Positions 47,106 to 48,505 of a stretch of 48,505 nucleotides of DNA are shown one piece after another. Each line of letters opens with the position of its first letter. The first letter of the stretch is position 1. Below the pieces are notes generated by a model, which did no database searches, was not told where the DNA came from, and saw only the letters and a program-made list of their open reading frames with translations. The DNA is from Nitriliruptorales bacterium (GTDB lineage: Bacteria; Actinomycetota; Nitriliruptoria; Nitriliruptorales; JAHWKO01). The translations under genes and the position numbers were made by a program. Location of the stretch: the NCBI GenBank assembly GCA_036260415.1, contig DASZZX010000260.1, positions 1-48,505 of the forward strand, in the 5' to 3' direction.

Positions 47106-47436
47106 GGGGGGCTCCTGGAGCGAGCAGCGGCACGCTGCTGGTGAGGGGAACGACCCGTCAGGGCCGCGACGCGCCGCCACGGGGGGCTCGGGTCGCCCCG
47201 AAAGTGGGGGCGGGCTGGGCCTGCCGCAACTCGAGGGTCTGGCCTCCGGGGAGGCAGCGTGCGCCGCGCGCACGCACGGTCACCGCCGTTCGGACCGTCC
47301 CGGCGTCCGTTCGGCCCCGAACGCCGTCCTCGTCCGGACACACCCGACCGCAGTGCCACGGAGACGCGGGACAGGCGCGTGGCGGTGGTCAAGACCACGA
47401 CGCCGACCGCCGAGAACACCCTCGGAGGTGGCAGCG

Positions 47437-48505
47437 GTGGACGACTTCTTGTCAGGTTTCGCCGGCGAGCGGCAGGCGCTGCTCGACCTGGTGCATCGGG
47501 CGGACACCGCGTGGACCACGTTCCGACGCCGACAGTTGCTGGATGTCGACACCACCCCCGGCGCCGACGGCGTGATCGCCGGAGAGCTGGCGGCCGTCCG
47601 CAGGGAGGTGACCGCTCGACATCTCTCGGTCGGCGTCTTCGGTCTGATCAAGCGCGGCAAGTCCACCATTCTGAACGCACTCGTCGGTCACGCGGTGAGC
47701 GCGACACACGCCACACCCGAGACGGCGGTCCCGGTCTTCGTGGACGCCGGCCACCGCCGCAGCGCAACGGTGCACTTCGCCGACGGCCGCAGCCTTGAGG
47801 TGGACCTGGAGGACCATCCCCGCTTCACCTCCCAGAAGTCGCAACCGGACGAGCGGCTCGGCGTGGCGTACGTGCACGCACGGGTGCCCTCCAACCTCCT
47901 CGCGGCCGGCGTGCGCATGATCGATACACCCGGTCTGGACGACGCCGACGTGGACGAGAGCTACACCGCGCGGACCCTTCAGCAGCTCGAGGCGGTCGAC
48001 GCGGGTGTGGTGGTGGTGATGTCGCCCCCCACTGTCGGGGCCACCGAGATCAGGTTCCTCCAGGAGCTGGCGCGCCGGAATGGCCGCGAGTTCGTGGTGG
48101 TCTGCAACATGGTCCCTCAGCACTTCCACGACCCGCTCGCGCGCCACCAGATCGTGGACTACATCGCCGACCGGCTGGGGGAAGCCGGCTTGCAGGTGCG
48201 GCTCCACGCGGTCTGCGCGGTGGAGGCGTGGGAGGCACGGCGCAACGGCGACGCGTACGGCTGGGAACGTTCCGGCGCAGGACAGCTGCTGCGCGACCTC
48301 GAGCAGGACCTGACCGTGCGCGCCGGACGGCGTGCCGTCGACGCCGCGTGCGACCGGCTGCAGGAAGCGCTGCGGCTGGCGGCCGCGGAGGTGCAGCTGC
48401 AGCGGTCGCTGCTGGCGTCCCCCGAGACGGTGGCGACCTACCGCGACGATGCGCAGGAGCGCATCGCCGCGTTCGGACGTGACACGCAGGCTGCGGTCGA
48501 CCACC
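47437..48505 (+). CDS. bacterial dynamin-like GTPase, 3'-truncated by the window edge (not in the ORF track)
   Basis: My own translation from GTG 47437 (GGAGG 8 nt upstream) reads VDDFLSGFAGERQALLDL...VGVFGLIKRGKSTILNALVG (G1 P-loop)...MIDTPGLDD (G3)...VVVCNM, and stays open to 48505. The listed 350-aa minus-strand ORF is its antisense shadow. Confidence 0.75.
   Translation, partial: MDDFLSGFAGERQALLDLVHRADTAWTTFRRRQLLDVDTTPGADGVIAGELAAVRREVTARHLSVGVFGLIKRGKSTILNALVGHAVSATHATPETAVPVFVDAGHRRSATVHFADGRSLEVDLEDHPRFTSQKSQPDERLGVAYVHARVPSNLLAAGVRMIDTPGLDDADVDESYTARTLQQLEAVDAGVVVVMSPPTVGATEIRFLQELARRNGREFVVVCNMVPQHFHDPLARHQIVDYIADRLGEAGLQVRLHAVCAVEAWEARRNGDAYGWERSGAGQLLRDLEQDLTVRAGRRAVDAACDRLQEALRLAAAEVQLQRSLLASPETVATYRDDAQERIAAFGRDTQAAVDH

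Noticed and set aside
47452-48504. 350-aa minus-strand ORF at the window end
   Set aside because: Antisense to the open-ended plus-strand frame that carries dynamin-type P-loop and DTPG motifs and has a GGAGG Shine-Dalgarno. The minus-strand product has no recognisable motifs.

Overview
This is a very GC-rich actinobacterial chromosomal segment (about 70% GC or more by eye). It codes densely on both strands, with about 38 protein genes. I saw no rRNA, tRNA, CRISPR array or transposase.

Main gene groups:
- Pupylation and tRNA modification: arc/mpa, dop and pup, preceded by a tRNA T-loop modification pair (a ThiS-like::TtuA fusion and trmI).
- Cell envelope: M15 peptidase, a secreted phosphodiester glycosidase with cell-wall-binding repeats, Rpf, a contiguous decaprenyl-phospho-arabinose pathway (ubiA-dprE1-dprE2), and a DUF2723 GT-C protein.
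- Housekeeping: gpmA, hemQ, nucS, a sigma-70 factor, ychF, msrB, two acyl-CoA synthetases and an ABC1 kinase.
- Ion homeostasis and signalling: an RCK K+ channel, two paralogous CPA2-antiporter::USP fusions each followed by a NarL-type receiver, an orphan histidine kinase, a DAG-kinase-like lipid kinase, a PgpH-type 7TM-HD phosphodiesterase and MscS.
- A dynamin-like GTPase gene runs off the 3' edge and is missing from the supplied ORF track.

I do not see an unambiguous novel multi-gene system. The best second-look candidates are:
1. The duplicated antiporter::USP + response-regulator modules, which have no adjacent kinase.
2. The ubiquitin-like(GG)::TtuA fusion, translationally coupled to trmI.
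3. A split pup locus carrying a DUF222-HNH gene and two copies of a structured ~125-nt repeat.
4. A 39-bp in-frame duplication of the dop start region.

All product calls rest on motif and family recognition by eye. No searches were run. Many long ORFs in the track are antisense or off-frame shadows typical of high-GC DNA.
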